A DNA stretch of 63,735 nucleotides, filler included, from Reticulomyxa filosa (GCA_000512085.1; 15 parts of 15 records of this genome joined end to end with filler, not necessarily neighbours in it); one strand, 5' to 3'; shown: positions 25,100 through 37,826, counted from the first letter of the whole stretch. The notes: a model not told the origin generated them from the letters alone. Numbers and translations are program-made.

Positions 25100-27050
25100 C
25101 TTGAATATTATCAAGGAAATACTGGAGTAATGGAAAGACCAGCAGTTGAAGTAAATTAGTAACAAGTAGTTACTTTTCTATTTTTTTAATTATCTCCAAT
25201 TGATGTGCTATTTCTGTGTATACATAGATTTAAACGACAAAAAATGTTGCTCAAGTGAAACCGTTAGAAACTATTAATAATTTGTCTATAGCATAGTTGG
25301 CATGTAATACGTATTCCGTTGGTGACAATGTCTTGGCTGAATCGGAAGTATTCAACGTCTTATCCTTGGCAGAAGACGATATTGGCACTGTTTATGAGCC
25401 ATATGGCCCCATCAGATATAGTGCTGCTCAAATTGTATGGTCTTCAAATTGTGCTGACACTAACAATCAAATATCGAATATAGCCAATCACTTATTGATA
25501 CAATTTACAATTTATTCATGCTGTCGTCGTCAAGTAAATGAATCATTCCGCTGGAAAAAGATATTAATATAATTGCGTTCTGTACGTCCGGAAAACAAAT
25601 GATTCGAGGCCACGTTCAACAATCTTGGGATCAGCTCCATAAATTTATCAATTGGCATGCGAGAAGCAATCCACAATTACATCGCCTGTCCTAAAGTGTA
25701 GTCAGTATCACAAATCACCACTGAGGATCACAGAAGCGATGCGCCCTATTTGATTGTATACGTTGTTTTTATCTTATTTTCAGCTGTTGTATATGTCTTA
25801 CTCAAAAAAAATGTGAACATGGACCTTTTCATTGTGCAGTAATTTAGTTTATACTTGGAATAAAACAAAGAAGAATAGTAGATTAAGGAAGTGGGGAAAG
25901 AAAAAAAAGAAGCAAAAATGTCAATCAATAGTACCTTTGATATATATGGGCCATGTCAAGAAAATAACAAGTGGCAATGAATCGTTCAAGAAGTGTAAAT
26001 TTGTCGATAGAAGAAAGTAGATATGTGAGTGAAGAGGATCAACACAATACATTCCCTAAAAGGTGTTGATATTTGTTTCATCAAAACTATGGACAAAATG
26101 AAACACAAATGGCAATGAAATGTTATGTACTTGCAATCACAACAACAATACTCAGATTGGCACGCAATACTTTCATTCAATTCACTTCAACTCAAAAGTC
26201 TTCGCCCTTTGCATATATTTGTGATTATGTTATTTGTGATCCCTCAGATGTCCACACGCCAAAGATGCATGAAAGTATTTCCAAGATACAATTGGTATGG
26301 CCTTCGTGTTGATTTGGTGGAAAAGATTAAAAACGTAGTATACTATATGTCAAGTAAGATTGGAAGGAAATACTTGGTTTCATTGATTCGAATGCCTTTT
26401 GAAAAAAGATTGAAGGTAAAAAAAAAACATTAATTATTTTTGTCTTTCTAAGCAATTTGAATTAGTTTGTTGTTTGTTATTTTTATTGTTACAACAACTA
26501 GAATATGCTAAGTCCACAGGAGGTGTAGGTGATGAACCGCAAATGAAAAAGAAGAGAATATGCAAAAATACTGAAGCAAATCTGCTGTCTCGATGAGGAC
26601 GGAAGCAAAGAAAATTTGGCATGCAAACGGTACCCAGGAAATAATAGTAGTATAGCGACTCTTCCGTGATAAGCGGCATCAGCAACAGCGAATAGTATCA
26701 ATGCAAAGACATATGAAAAGATTGGAACTGGAAACAATATCGGTTCGTCCACAATATCTGGAGTGCCATTTACATTCAATCAAACACAAATTGGTGGATA
26801 TTACTACAAGGACGAGATGTGATATCGAGAATTTGTACAAATTGTAAGAAAGACGATCATTACTTTATTGAATCATGGTCGCCTCAGAAAAGATCTGCAT
26901 TCTCAAGGGTCACTCAGTCTCGCCAATATACGAACAGCCCTGATATTGTAAACATGAACACGATCCCATTATGCTGCGTCGAAGCAATGCTGTTCCACTT
27001 GCCTTCATTCACGTCCAGAGACAAAGCGATGGCTTAACACATTAAACAAT
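25100..27050 (+). repeat. Dispersed repeat / pseudogene family, copy A
   Basis: Clear nucleotide similarity to 53310-54000 (+) and 55600-57900 (-), for example TTCCAAGATACAATTGGTATGGCC..GATTTGGTGGAAA and GAAGCAAAT. Confidence 0.8.
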
Positions 27051-28079
27051 GATCAAAGCATTGTATTAAATGTGAATATATGCCCTCCAATCGGTTGCTA
27101 TTTACATTATCATTGCTATTGGCTCCGTTTTGTCGCTATTTCGTCATTGGCTCTTGAGATGACGTTGATATCATGATTTAATCTTGGGACCACAGTTGTA
27201 TCAACGTATCTCCTCTTTTTTTCTTGCATTGACTGTTGCAAAGACTCTTTCGGTTAAGTCTCAATGATGACGATGATGATACAATCTGTATTGCAAAGCG
27301 TATTATTGCTGTACCAGCCGAGGCAAATCAAATAAAGTGATCATGGCATCGGAATGCGCACAAACAACGCGGAAATGAAAAACAGCATTGTCACAATATA
27401 CAAAATTTTGCAATGTTGTCCGTCCAATTCATTCGATGATATGAAACACTCAACGACAAGGACACATATTTGTTTTTTTTCTTCTTTTTAGTCTCATTGT
27501 ATGATTTGTCATTGTGGTCAAATATGTTATACGTTTCAATATAGTTATATTTTTTATATCTTCTTTCATTATCCTTTGTTGTCATCAATGTCTGAACCAG
27601 TTGATTCAAATAAGCAACGCAAATAAGGTTGAATAAATTCTTTCTTTTCTGCATCATTTTTTTTTTTGTTAGCTGTTCAATAGTTGTCCGTACTTTAAAA
27701 GATCATTGAATACAACAAAAAAAACCTTTTTTTCATTCTCACGACACGTTCCACTGCGTTTGCTTAACTCACTGGCACCATTATCAAACCCAAAAAAAAC
27801 TAACTTTCCAATTTTTATGTCCAGAAACTACAAGACTTTTGATTTATTTATTTATTTTATTGTTTTAACTTCAAATATTACTACGTTTGTTGTTTTGAAC
27901 TTTTTTCCCCCTTCATGTTTGTTGCGTGATCATCTTTCTTTTATAGTACACATATATTAAAAATGCTGAGATATTTGTGCAATGTGCTGGCGTTTTGCTT
28001 CAATTTCATGCTCGCGCTGCTGTTCATCCTGCTGACGTGGCTTGACAGCCTCTCGTATTACGCGCCCGTGGTGCCCAAT

Positions 28080-28441
28080 CCGGCACGTTTTCTGAAGACG
28101 CTGCTGTTGGTGCACGGATATCAGATCTTCAAAAATAAGGCGTTCAATGGGGACCCTCACCCTAGCAACATCTTGCTCATGCCCGATGAAAGTCTCGGAC
28201 TTGTCGGCTATGGCCAGTTCAAGTATCTTTCCAAGGAGGAATTCACTTAGCCGAATTGATCATCGCACCGATCGATCGCAACTTGAAAAGCATTGTCGAA
28301 AAGGCCAAGAAAATGAGGGTTTCGATCCCCAAACGCATGAACCCTTACTTTATCGAAGTCATTACCACCATTGAATTTGGTCTCTTGGATAATGATATTT
28401 TCGGAAAGGCATTTCGAGCGTCGAGTTTTTCACTCTTTTGA
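28080..28441 (+). pseudogene. ABC1/UbiB (ADCK) atypical kinase fragment
   Basis: [35 protein letters not shown] matches the ABC1 consensus GHQIF..GFFxxDPHPGN..LLDFG. The DFG Asp is lost and there is a stop/frameshift at 28248. Confidence 0.75.
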
Positions 28442-30831
28442 GAAATCTTAACGAATCTGTCAATGAAAGTAAAACAACAATCCCATCAGAAATAAGGATA
28501 TGGTTTGCACACAATGAGACAAGACAATGCTCATATGTTTGGAATTGACACAGTGGTGACATTTCCTGGAGAAAAAAACAATTTGACGATAATTATTCGA
28601 GCTCATAAGACACAATTTGACAGATACAAAATATAATTTATCAATGAACAAACAAGTATCCATGGTGTACTAACAATATTTTCAACTCCAAATTATTGCA
28701 ATGTTTATAAAAATAGAGCTTGTTTGAAATTTGATGATAAATTGTTAAATAGTCGCTGCTAGTATATTACAAGGTGGACAAGCTGCTATTGAAAAAGCTT
28801 TATCAAGTTTTAATGAAGCCAACGAACAGATAAAGCAAATAATGCAATGCCTTTACAAGAAAAAGATACAAAATCCCATAGAAAATAAGGGCAAGTCTTT
28901 TATAGATGCTCAAAAATACCAAAGCACCAGAAAATAAATAATAGTTTACAATTTTTTGTTTTGNNNNNNNNNNNNNNNNNNNNNNNNNNNNNNNNNNNNN
29001 NNNNNNNTTAATTAATTAANNNNNNNNNNNNNNNNNNNNNNNNNNNNNNNNNNNNNNNNNNNNAAAAAAGATGAAAAGAGAAAAAAAAAGAAAAAAAGAG
29101 AAAAAAAGAGAAAAAATATTATGAAAAATGAAAAAAAAATGTGGATATGCGCATGAGCGCACTGTACAAAGAAGATGTCGTTCTCGACAATTAGACGACA
29201 TTGTGAGTGTTTTATTTGTTAAGTGGTCAGTTTGACGACCGTGAAATATTTAGTGTTTGGATCCAGCTAGCCAATAACCAACCCAGCGAGTTCTTGTGGT
29301 CCAACAAACATGCACAATGGCACCTGAGTGGAGAAAAGTACTGTATGCACATGAAGGATATTGCTGTTTGTCACTGTCGACAGTCAAGGAAACGATGCCA
29401 GATTAGTCAGAAGTCGAAAATGAAAAGATTGAATCAAACTCCAAAAAAAATCACATCAAGTCGAAGTCGAAGTCGAAGTCTGGAAGCGTGTTCAACTCAA
29501 ATGATTGATTTGCTGATTGGTTTTTATGGCAAAGACTTCTCGGATACAAGTTGATCAGATGCAGTTGGACAATTGTTGTTCGCATTGCAGTCTTGTTCAT
29601 CGTAATACCAAGATATATTTTACCGCTGGCAAAGGTCGCTAGTTCTTTGTTGGGCCAGGAAGAATCTCTGTGGTGACTCGCCAAGACGAAAAAAGATTCC
29701 ATAATCGTTGTTGATATGACTGAAATTGGTGCTCGAGTGCGAACATCATGTCGAAAGGCGAGTTATTTATTTCATTGGACATGCGGAATTTTTAAGACGT
29801 GTTGATTGCAGCCAAGCTGGACCGATGGAGTCTCATGCAACTGATGGCTTGTCAATGGAGTTCCTTATTTTAATTTTATGTGGACGTAGTTTTTATCTTG
29901 ACTATCCAACATCGTCGAAAAATTGGTGTATGCGCTGCAATCGTCAACATAAGAAACCGCATAGCCAGATGACGAATCTGACTTTCGATACTATTCTCTT
30001 CATTTCAAAGTCGATATAAAATTTCGTTTCACGCCGCAAAATTCGCTTCCTTCGTTTCATTGGAATCATTGATGCAGCTGGCACTAATGAAATCATTGGC
30101 ATTTGCTTTGTGTTATATCTGTTTGTAATAATAAACAACAAATAAATAAATACATATGTATACTTGTTATTATTATTTATGATTTGTCTTTGTTGGATGT
30201 AAATACAAAATATCAATGAATAGGCGAAACAGTGTTATTTGAGGTATCATATTCTATGGGTATTTTGCATATAGAAAGACAAGCTCCAATGCAGTGTTCC
30301 ATATAAAAAAGACGAACTTCAATGACCTAGTGATGATTGAGTACGTACAAGAAAAAAAATGATGAAGGTAAAATGTATAACAATAATAAAAAGAAATAGA
30401 AGAAGTTATTTTGAGTAAATGAAAAAAACTTGGCTCCATTGTTTGACTGAAAATCCATGGATCCTGTCCACTAGCGATTGACTCGAATGCATTTGATCAT
30501 ACACCATATTCGAACAAGACGTCAGGATTGTAACCGTTTGTTTCTTAGGAAAAGCTGCCATTATAATTGAGCTGGACGATTGGTAGACCTATTCGAGTAA
30601 TTGAATTTAAAGAATTCCTGGACATTCACATTGCCAATGCTGATCCGAATGCATTGAGTGGGTTTTGCTGCTTGTACTTGGGTCAGTACGACTGAAGCCA
30701 GCACTGCTTCCAGTTCGTCCAAGCTTGCAAAGTCGAGGGCAAAGTAAAACTGATCCATGGCAAAATGAAATGAGATCAAATTCATTAGATTTAGCAAATG
30801 CGAAGAAATGATCATGTTGGAATTGATCAAT

Positions 30832-30888
30832 GGATAAAGGTGGCACATGACGGATAAAGGGGCCATGACTGATAAAGGGGCACATGAC
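30832..30888 (+). repeat. Short imperfect tandem repeat, 3 x 18-20 bp (GATAAAGGGGCACATGAC)
   Basis: Three consecutive copies are visible in the sequence. Confidence 0.8.
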
Positions 30889-32569
30889 AGAAAATTCCAT
30901 GTTGTGGGAGTTAACAACTGTGGCCGTGATAGGGTGGACACAAGAAGCAAAAACGTCAAAGTTGGCGGGTAGTGTCCGCAAAAGTGTTGTAAAATGGGTT
31001 GGCAGACTGACTTTAGTCGCGGCGAGAAACGGGACTCGAACTCGGAAATATCTTTGGACGGTATCAAAAAAGCGAGGAAGAAGCAGAAGTGAATGAAAAC
31101 GAAAACGAAGACAAAGACGACAAGCCGAAAATGGACGCACAAAAAGTATGTTGGTGAATTTCGTTGTAGAGAAACTAGGGCCAGTGGTATACAATGTATT
31201 TATTTGCTTTTGGAAAAAAAAGTCCTTGGTTATTGTTGGATTTTGTTTTTGATGATAGAAAGCAAACTGCTTGCAACAACGATAACTTCGATGACGAAGA
31301 TGATACACAACACCTCCGCAAGAATCATAACAGAAAATTCAAATCAAGATTGGAGACTACGTGAAGTTATCTCGAGGAAAAGAAGAAGTAGTGAAGTAAA
31401 TTGGAGATGAAAGAAGACATCACTGATTTGGAGTTGGGCACATTGAACACTTATGGCACAATGGGACAGCGTGAGTAAAGAATCATTTTGAGGACAATGT
31501 ATGTCGTGGCCATTTCACGCGAGAGGCTCAAGTAGTGAAGCTATTGGGCTTGGAAACCTTAAATGCGACCTTCCAATTGAAATTATTAAAATCCGGCAGT
31601 CGCATAGTTTTCGTCAGTGGAGAGGCGACAAGTATCATCAAGTAAATTGTTTATCCTCATTTTGCCGAGAGTGAAGTTATTTGCATTGAATTAAATTTAT
31701 TCTTTTATAAATAATTTTTTTTTTTAATATGTAATGCTATGTTGTTTTTTCTTTATAGACGAATGGATTCCTGGTGCTCATGACGGTATGTACAACAAAA
31801 CAAATACCACTACTTTCATGTGTTCTTTTTTTGTTTTTGTTGTGCATTATGTGTTTGAAGTCAAAAGACTTATATCAATTAAGAGTGGCTTTGGTTCGAA
31901 TGTAAAAATGTAGTGTCCCAGTCGAATAGGTACGTTTGCCAAACGAAGATCAATTGTCGCGACTCGATCAATTTTGGAAGTGGAAGCTAGATGACAGCGA
32001 CAACGAAAGGGAAGAAAATACAACATTGAACAACAGATGCAAATTGAAACGGGGAAAAAAAAGAGTTAATCTGACTATTTTTTTTTTTTAAAACAATTTG
32101 CAATGATGAATTTTGAAATTTGGAAAAATAGACAACGCAATACATTGGAAAAAATATGAAAGGATATTACACATATTGCATTAAGTTAAATGGAAAAATA
32201 CCTGAATGACCGACGAACAGTATATACTTTACGTGCAAGGTTTGTTATTGTTAATAAATTGCTATTGAGATAGAAGGGATATGAGCAAAGCAAAATTCAA
32301 TATTTTTGCTTTTTTTTTTTTTTTTTTAAAAAAAAAAAGACATGGATGGTGGTATATTTGTGTGGAATGTTTAATCAAATGGCAATCGACAAAGACGGCG
32401 TTCAAAATACAGTGAAATTGAGCCTTGGACGTCATGGACACATAAAATGCGTTGAAGATATAAGCGAANNNNNNNNNNNNNNNNNNNNNNNNNNNNNNNN
32501 NNNNNNNNNNNNTTAATTAATTAANNNNNNNNNNNNNNNNNNNNNNNNNNNNNNNNNNNNNNNNNNNNT

Positions 32570-32611
<42 letters not shown>

Positions 32612-32619
32612 TATTGCTT

Positions 32620-33576
32620 CTGAAAATACCTTGGTACGAAACAGTTAAGACAATCCCTACACCGAAGTGCGCATATGATACAGCAGCAAATAAAAACTAG
32701 CACACCAACAATAGTTCCGGCTACAGAACCACTAGAACTACTCGAGGAGCTTGATCCACTGGAAGTGTTGTAGTAATAGTTATTGTAACCGAATTTCTTT
32801 CTGACCGTCTCGCCACAATGTGAAGTATAAATGCAGTTGACATCTCTGGAATAAGTATGGGACTGGTTATTACAATGGCGATCGGAGTACAGAGAAAGAT
32901 TGGCGACGCCGTCTTTACAATCAAATTGGCCATACCTTTAGTTTGTTGTAATTTTTCTTACACTTTATCAAAAAATTTTTTTTTTCTCCCGCAAACAGTC
33001 AACAAAGACATACACATTGGTATTGAATTCTATGCATACGCCGGTTACATAGGATAACACCTTTCGCATTTTTTGTTTTGTTTTGTTTTTTTGCAATTAT
33101 ATACGTCATCGACCAGTAAAACAATATATGTATGTATATGTACAACACTTTTTTTTCCATCTTTTTGTATATTCAATCCTTACCGCGTGTTCCTTGGGAG
33201 CTTCGGAACAACCATCCGAATTAGAGTAAAGATCCACTGCAAATATGTTGTCGTCAGTTGAAGGAGAACAATAAAATGAAAAGGTGTCGTTGTTGTTTTC
33301 AAAAAAAAAGTCTTCGTACTTTGATTCATTGTGACCATAATAACAACTACTTGTTCCTGACGAAAACCAGGTTCGCTTGCGTAACCAGGTTGAATTTAGA
33401 CACGAGTAAGCAAACGCCATGTCGGTGGCTCCATAATCGCTTTGCGTAGACATACAAACACCGACAGCGAACGGCTGCTTCCACTCGTAAACGTAACTTG
33501 AGGAACGTGGATTATGAACATACAATCCAAGTGTCACCACAAAACCACAAATAAACCAGAAAATAGATAAAAGCAT
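32620..33576 (-). CDS. Hypothetical secreted or membrane protein (signal peptide, Cys/Tyr-rich ectodomain), 3'-partial
   Basis: Signal-like start MLLSIFWFICGFVVTLG, a 156-aa ORF and further downstream exons. Confidence 0.55.
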
Positions 33577-33851
33577 TGCTTTAATTTTCAGTCTTTTTTC
33601 TTAAAAGCTTCTTTGTCAACCACCAAAAGGTGCATTCCTACCGTAAAGTCCTAGCCGGTTGGTCTTGGGATTATTCTAGGGCATTGGCAAAACCGTTTTT
33701 GTGAAAATCTGCAAAGATCAAAAGTCTGTGTGAAGGAATATTTGTCATTTAAATGCTTTGTTTTTTAAAATGATAAATTTTCCAGAGTTGTTTGTCTTGT
33801 CAAAGGGCTTTAGAAAGGAGGAAAAAACTTGGATAAACACTCATTGAAGAC

Positions 33852-34316
33852 ATGTTGAAACGGGGTTATAAGTCAGAGCAATATCTCTTTCAAAAAGAAG
33901 AAGAAGAAGAAGAAGATCCCAAAAAAGGGAATGAAGATGCTGATGCTGACTTGCCTGTTTCTACCCTGCCAACTAGTGACGAGAGTAGCAAGACCGGTAA
34001 CCAAGCTTCTTTGTCAGTGCGTTTTGTAACGAAGATTGAAGACCCGTCATTGCATGTCGACGATTTACTGTACACATTGCCATCATCGCTTCGCCCGCAA
34101 AGTTTGGGTGAGGTCGTGAATCACCTATTGTTTGAAAAGACGAATGAAAAGAAGTTTGTGGCATTTGATTTTTTAATTACTGACATTATGTTGCGAGACT
34201 CGATATCTAATCATTTAACGAAGCATAACATTTCATCCGAAAAGACTGTCCTTATCGAATATATGGAGAAGATACCCGAGCCTAGTAAAGAATCTGCACA
34301 TCAACACCCGGATTGG
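33852..34316 (+). CDS. WDR12: Ribosome biogenesis protein WDR12/YTM1, N-terminal NLE/UBL domain (3'-partial)
   Basis: SVRFVTK..YTLPSSLR..LGEVVNHLL..FDFLITDIMLRDSI..ISSEKTVLIEY..HPDWV matches the YTM1 NLE domain and the start of WD1. Confidence 0.9.
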
Positions 34317-34436
34317 GTATTTTTTTTTTTTTTTTANNNNNNNNNNNNNNNNNNNNNNNNNNNNNNNNNNNNNNNNNNNNTTAATTAATTAANNNNNNNN
34401 NNNNNNNNNNNNNNNNNNNNNNNNNNNNNNNNNNNN

Positions 34437-35344
34437 TTGGAGAAGTGCAGCGCAAACAGGCTACGGCTTGGCAGCGTCAGCCGCAGGCGGTGCGCGACCT
34501 CGTCCACCATCAGACTGGTGTGGTTCAGCAGCACGCGCTGGATCGCCATGCGGCTGTACGCCAGTGTGGCCAATAGCCATAACACGCCCAGCATGCCGCT
34601 AAGGAAGCCATCGATGACCCGCATGCTGCCCGGGCCGAAGTGCCCGTTGACCCAAGCAGGCAAATCGATGGCGTTGCCGGCGTACCAGATCAGCCCGCCC
34701 AGCCCGCCAAAGCCGACACCGTACAGCACGGCCACAAACAGGCTGCCGAAACCGGCCAGGTACAGTTTGCGCACGCACGGTTCGATAGCAAGCCGCGCTT
34801 GCCCAAGCCGGCTGTGCGGCAGCAAGTAGCGTTGCTTTTGCAGCGTGGCCAGCGGCCACAGCAGGCCCAGCGACAGCAGCAGCGTGAGCCAGGATTTGAA
34901 AAAAGTGCGGTAGGCGGCACCTGTCTGGCCGTCAAAATGCAGCCGCATGCCACTCCAGCTGGTATTGGCCAGCCGGAAGCGCATGGCTTGCACTGCCAGC
35001 CATGGGGCCAGCGCGGCCGCCCCCGCGCCGAGCAGACCTTGCAGCACGGGGGAGAACTCGGCAGAGAGCTGCCACAGCACAAACAAGCCCACCATCAGTG
35101 CCCGGCCTTTCAGGATGGCGATCGGGCTGGCGTGGTAATCAAAGCGGCCGCCGGCGACTTTGGTGTGGCCGTACAGGTATTTGAGGGTACGTACTTTGGC
35201 CCACGCCGAATAAATGCCCAGCGTCAGCACGCTGAGCACCAGGTTGCTCAGCCACAGCCGGGCGTAGCCGCCGGTGGTGGCGCTGAACGCAAACGGCAGA
35301 CGGTGTGGAATCAGGATGTTGCTGTTGGCCTCAGGCTGGCTCAT
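34437..35344 (-). CDS. yjgN: Bacterial YjgN/DUF898 inner-membrane protein (3'-partial)
   Basis: YARLWLSNLVLSVLTLGIYSAWAKVRTLKYLYGHT..FDYHASP..ILKGR..RFRLANTSWSGMRLHFDG. GC-rich and intronless. Confidence 0.93.
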
Positions 35345-35420
35345 GGCGGTTACCGGGCAGAAACTCAAGCGTGCAAGTATGCCACGGTAATTTGACGCGA
35401 TAAAACTTGCTGTTGTACGC

Positions 35421-35534
35421 GGCTGGCGTCACACTTCGCGCTGCGTGCCGCGGGGTGCGCCAGCCTCAAACCGTCGGCTGTACAGATGGACGGTAATCGC
35501 CGTGGCGTCACCACGGCGTGCTCTTTTCGGGAGC
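35421..35534 (+). promoter_or_regulatory. Structured 5' leader of the agmatinase gene: four hairpins, the last covering the Shine-Dalgarno site
   Basis: Inverted repeats at 35421-35465, 35470-35494, 35498-35518 and 35520-35534. GGGAG at 35529-35533 lies 5 nt before the ATG at 35539. Confidence 0.4.
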
Positions 35535-35538
35535 GAAC

Positions 35539-35717
35539 ATGTCTGACGATCAAATCCGCGGTGACGGTGCCATCCGTCGTCAAAGCCTGTACGGCTCTTC
35601 CATCGAAAACCCTACGCCGGCGTGCTGTCGTTCATGCGCCGCAACTACACGCGCAATCTGGAAGGCGTGGACGTGGTGGTATCCGGCATTCCGCTGGACC
35701 TGTCCGTGACTTTCCGC
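35539..35717 (+). CDS. speB: Bacterial agmatinase / ureohydrolase N-terminus (1-nt frameshift near 35610, 3'-partial)
   Basis: MSDDQIRGDGAIRRQSLYGSSIEN / YAGVLSFMRRNYTRNLEGVDVVVSGIPLDLSVTFR is typical of proteobacterial agmatinases. Confidence 0.85.
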
Positions 35718-35848
35718 NNNNNNNNNNNNNNNNNNNNNNNNNNNNNNNNNNNNNNNNNNNNTTAATTAATTAANNNNNNNNNNNNNNNNNNNNNNNNNNN
35801 NNNNNNNNNNNNNNNNNGGAAAAAAAAACAAAAATGAAAACACCAAGA

Positions 35849-37231
35849 TCACATTTGAAGCAAGTGGGTTTTTTTGTCATCGTCTCTCGTTCCACGGAAG
35901 CTGATGCTACTTTTTCGCTGTGAAGACGACTCTGTGTCATCCCAATTGGGGTCATCATACGCTTCTTGCAAATGTTTATATCCAGAATGACTGAGATTAG
36001 CAGATACAGAGATAATAGTCCCATTTTCAAAGCTAATTTGAGCACTACGACAATCGGAACAATCCCAAAAGCGTCGATAAAAAAACGAAACCAAGGCACA
36101 GCACAATAATGTAACTATGCAACCCCACGCTTCTCTCATTACATTATCGTCATATCGATCATTGCTTTGTGCGGTCGATATGTTAAAATACATTATGATA
36201 TCAGTTGGTAGTATTGTCGCAAAAAATAAGGACTGGATCGAAAAAAATTTGCCATGAGGATTATAGGGATTCAATACATTTATCGTTGCACGCATCAACA
36301 CAAATAAGCCATAAATGCAAACAGTCGCACTTATCGTATTACACCTTTTTCATTTAATATGTATACATGTACATATATACGTTATATTATTGTTGAGATT
36401 TGCTAACCGATGTTCCCAAAAAAGAGAAAAAAAAACGGATTCTCGCAACAACATAGCTCACCCCCCCTTTTTTTTTTCCTCTCCTCCCATCCTTCTTTAC
36501 CTCTCAAATACAAACATACCAATTGGCCCAATGATAATCTTCATTGTCTCCTCTCGTATCTCTCAAAAGAATAATAAAAGACCACAAGGGGGCTGTGACG
36601 CAATATTGTACAATCAGTGTGTACATCACCAAAAAAGCGGTTTCATCCATGTATTTTGCTTCCTCCAACCTGCGACAACAACAAGCCAGTGGAAATGATG
36701 TCCAATACTTGGTCTGGCCTACCTTTTTTTTTTTTTTTTTGTTTTGTTTGTTTTGAAGTGTCCCCTTTCTCAAAATAGATAAAATGTAATTATGTATTTA
36801 TTTACTCATTTACCCTTCTTCAAGGATTCCAAAAAAGCTCCTTTCCTGTGTCCGCCCATTAACATGGTCAAAAATTGAGTAAACAAGTAAATGGTGTACA
36901 CCTCGTAACATGCCGAAATAAAGTTGAATGAAAACATAAATGATGGCCACAACAATGTCGCCATTTTGCATGTTGATAATACCACCGGGTAAGCACAGAT
37001 TTGAAAACCTGTGTGAAAAGCTCTTGCTATAAACATATCCTTGCTACGGTCTCGAAACACGAGTCCGTCGTTTCGCAACTGGCGCATTTGTGGCAGCACT
37101 AACGCTAGTACTGTCACCCAACATAGCCCGCCTATGCCCCAAAACCAGTAGTATATTGTTGGAGCGTTTCCTTCGATAACGTGATACTTGAAGTCTGGGG
37201 GCAGGCTTGGACAAGCTTTCGTATGGGTCAT
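35849..37231 (-). CDS. Organic solute transporter alpha / TMEM184-like membrane protein, about 3 exons
   Basis: ICAYPVVLSTC..LWP..FNFISACYEVYTIYLF..LMGG, FPLACCCR..IVQYCVTAPL and HGKFFSIQ, with multiple transmembrane segments. Confidence 0.75.
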
Positions 37232-37826
37232 ATTTAGTTAGTGTCTCACTTCTAGCATGGACTTTGGCCACAATATCAAATTGCCCTCAAGAGTGGTCGT
37301 GATCAAAAAAACTTCCTTAGCTCCTTGCTTTTTAAAAGCTCTACTAGTGGAACGTCTTTGTTTTGTTACGACGACAGCTTTTGGCATGCAGTTTAATATG
37401 CGATTGTGGGTATTTTCGTGCGACGAATTTTATGTGCGCCTTATAACTTCCTTACTTTGTTAACAGTAATTGGTAAAGAACGTTTTAGCTGTTAAGATGC
37501 ACTCTTTTATAAACTGTTACAAGGAGCACTTTTGAAAGAGTAGAGTTTGTATCTGTATATACAACAGAATAGCATTACTGTTGTCGTTTTTCTTCGGTTT
37601 AAGTAACTGTTAAACAGTAGCTAGCCAAATTTGACTTTCTGTGCAAAATAAAACTATCATTTTTTTTCTCCAATTGATAATACTACTAAAAAAAAAATTA
37701 AAAATTGAATGAAATAAATTGTATGATTTGTTCCTCCTGTGAAGTAGGAAATCAAATCGAATAACTCAACGTAACTCGATTGAAATTGTTTCAAAAGCAA
37801 ACAAGACAAGAAGCCAAGATTGGCAC

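Noticed and set aside
30832-30888. Possible CRISPR-like direct repeats
   Set aside because: The units are adjacent with no spacers, there are no cas genes, and the context is eukaryotic.
30561-31308. Two long overlapping minus-strand ORFs (193 and 233 aa)
   Set aside because: No recognisable domain. They appear to be shadows of purine-rich decayed plus-strand sequence.
34640-35395. 251-aa plus-strand ORF
   Set aside because: Antisense shadow of yjgN in GC-rich DNA.
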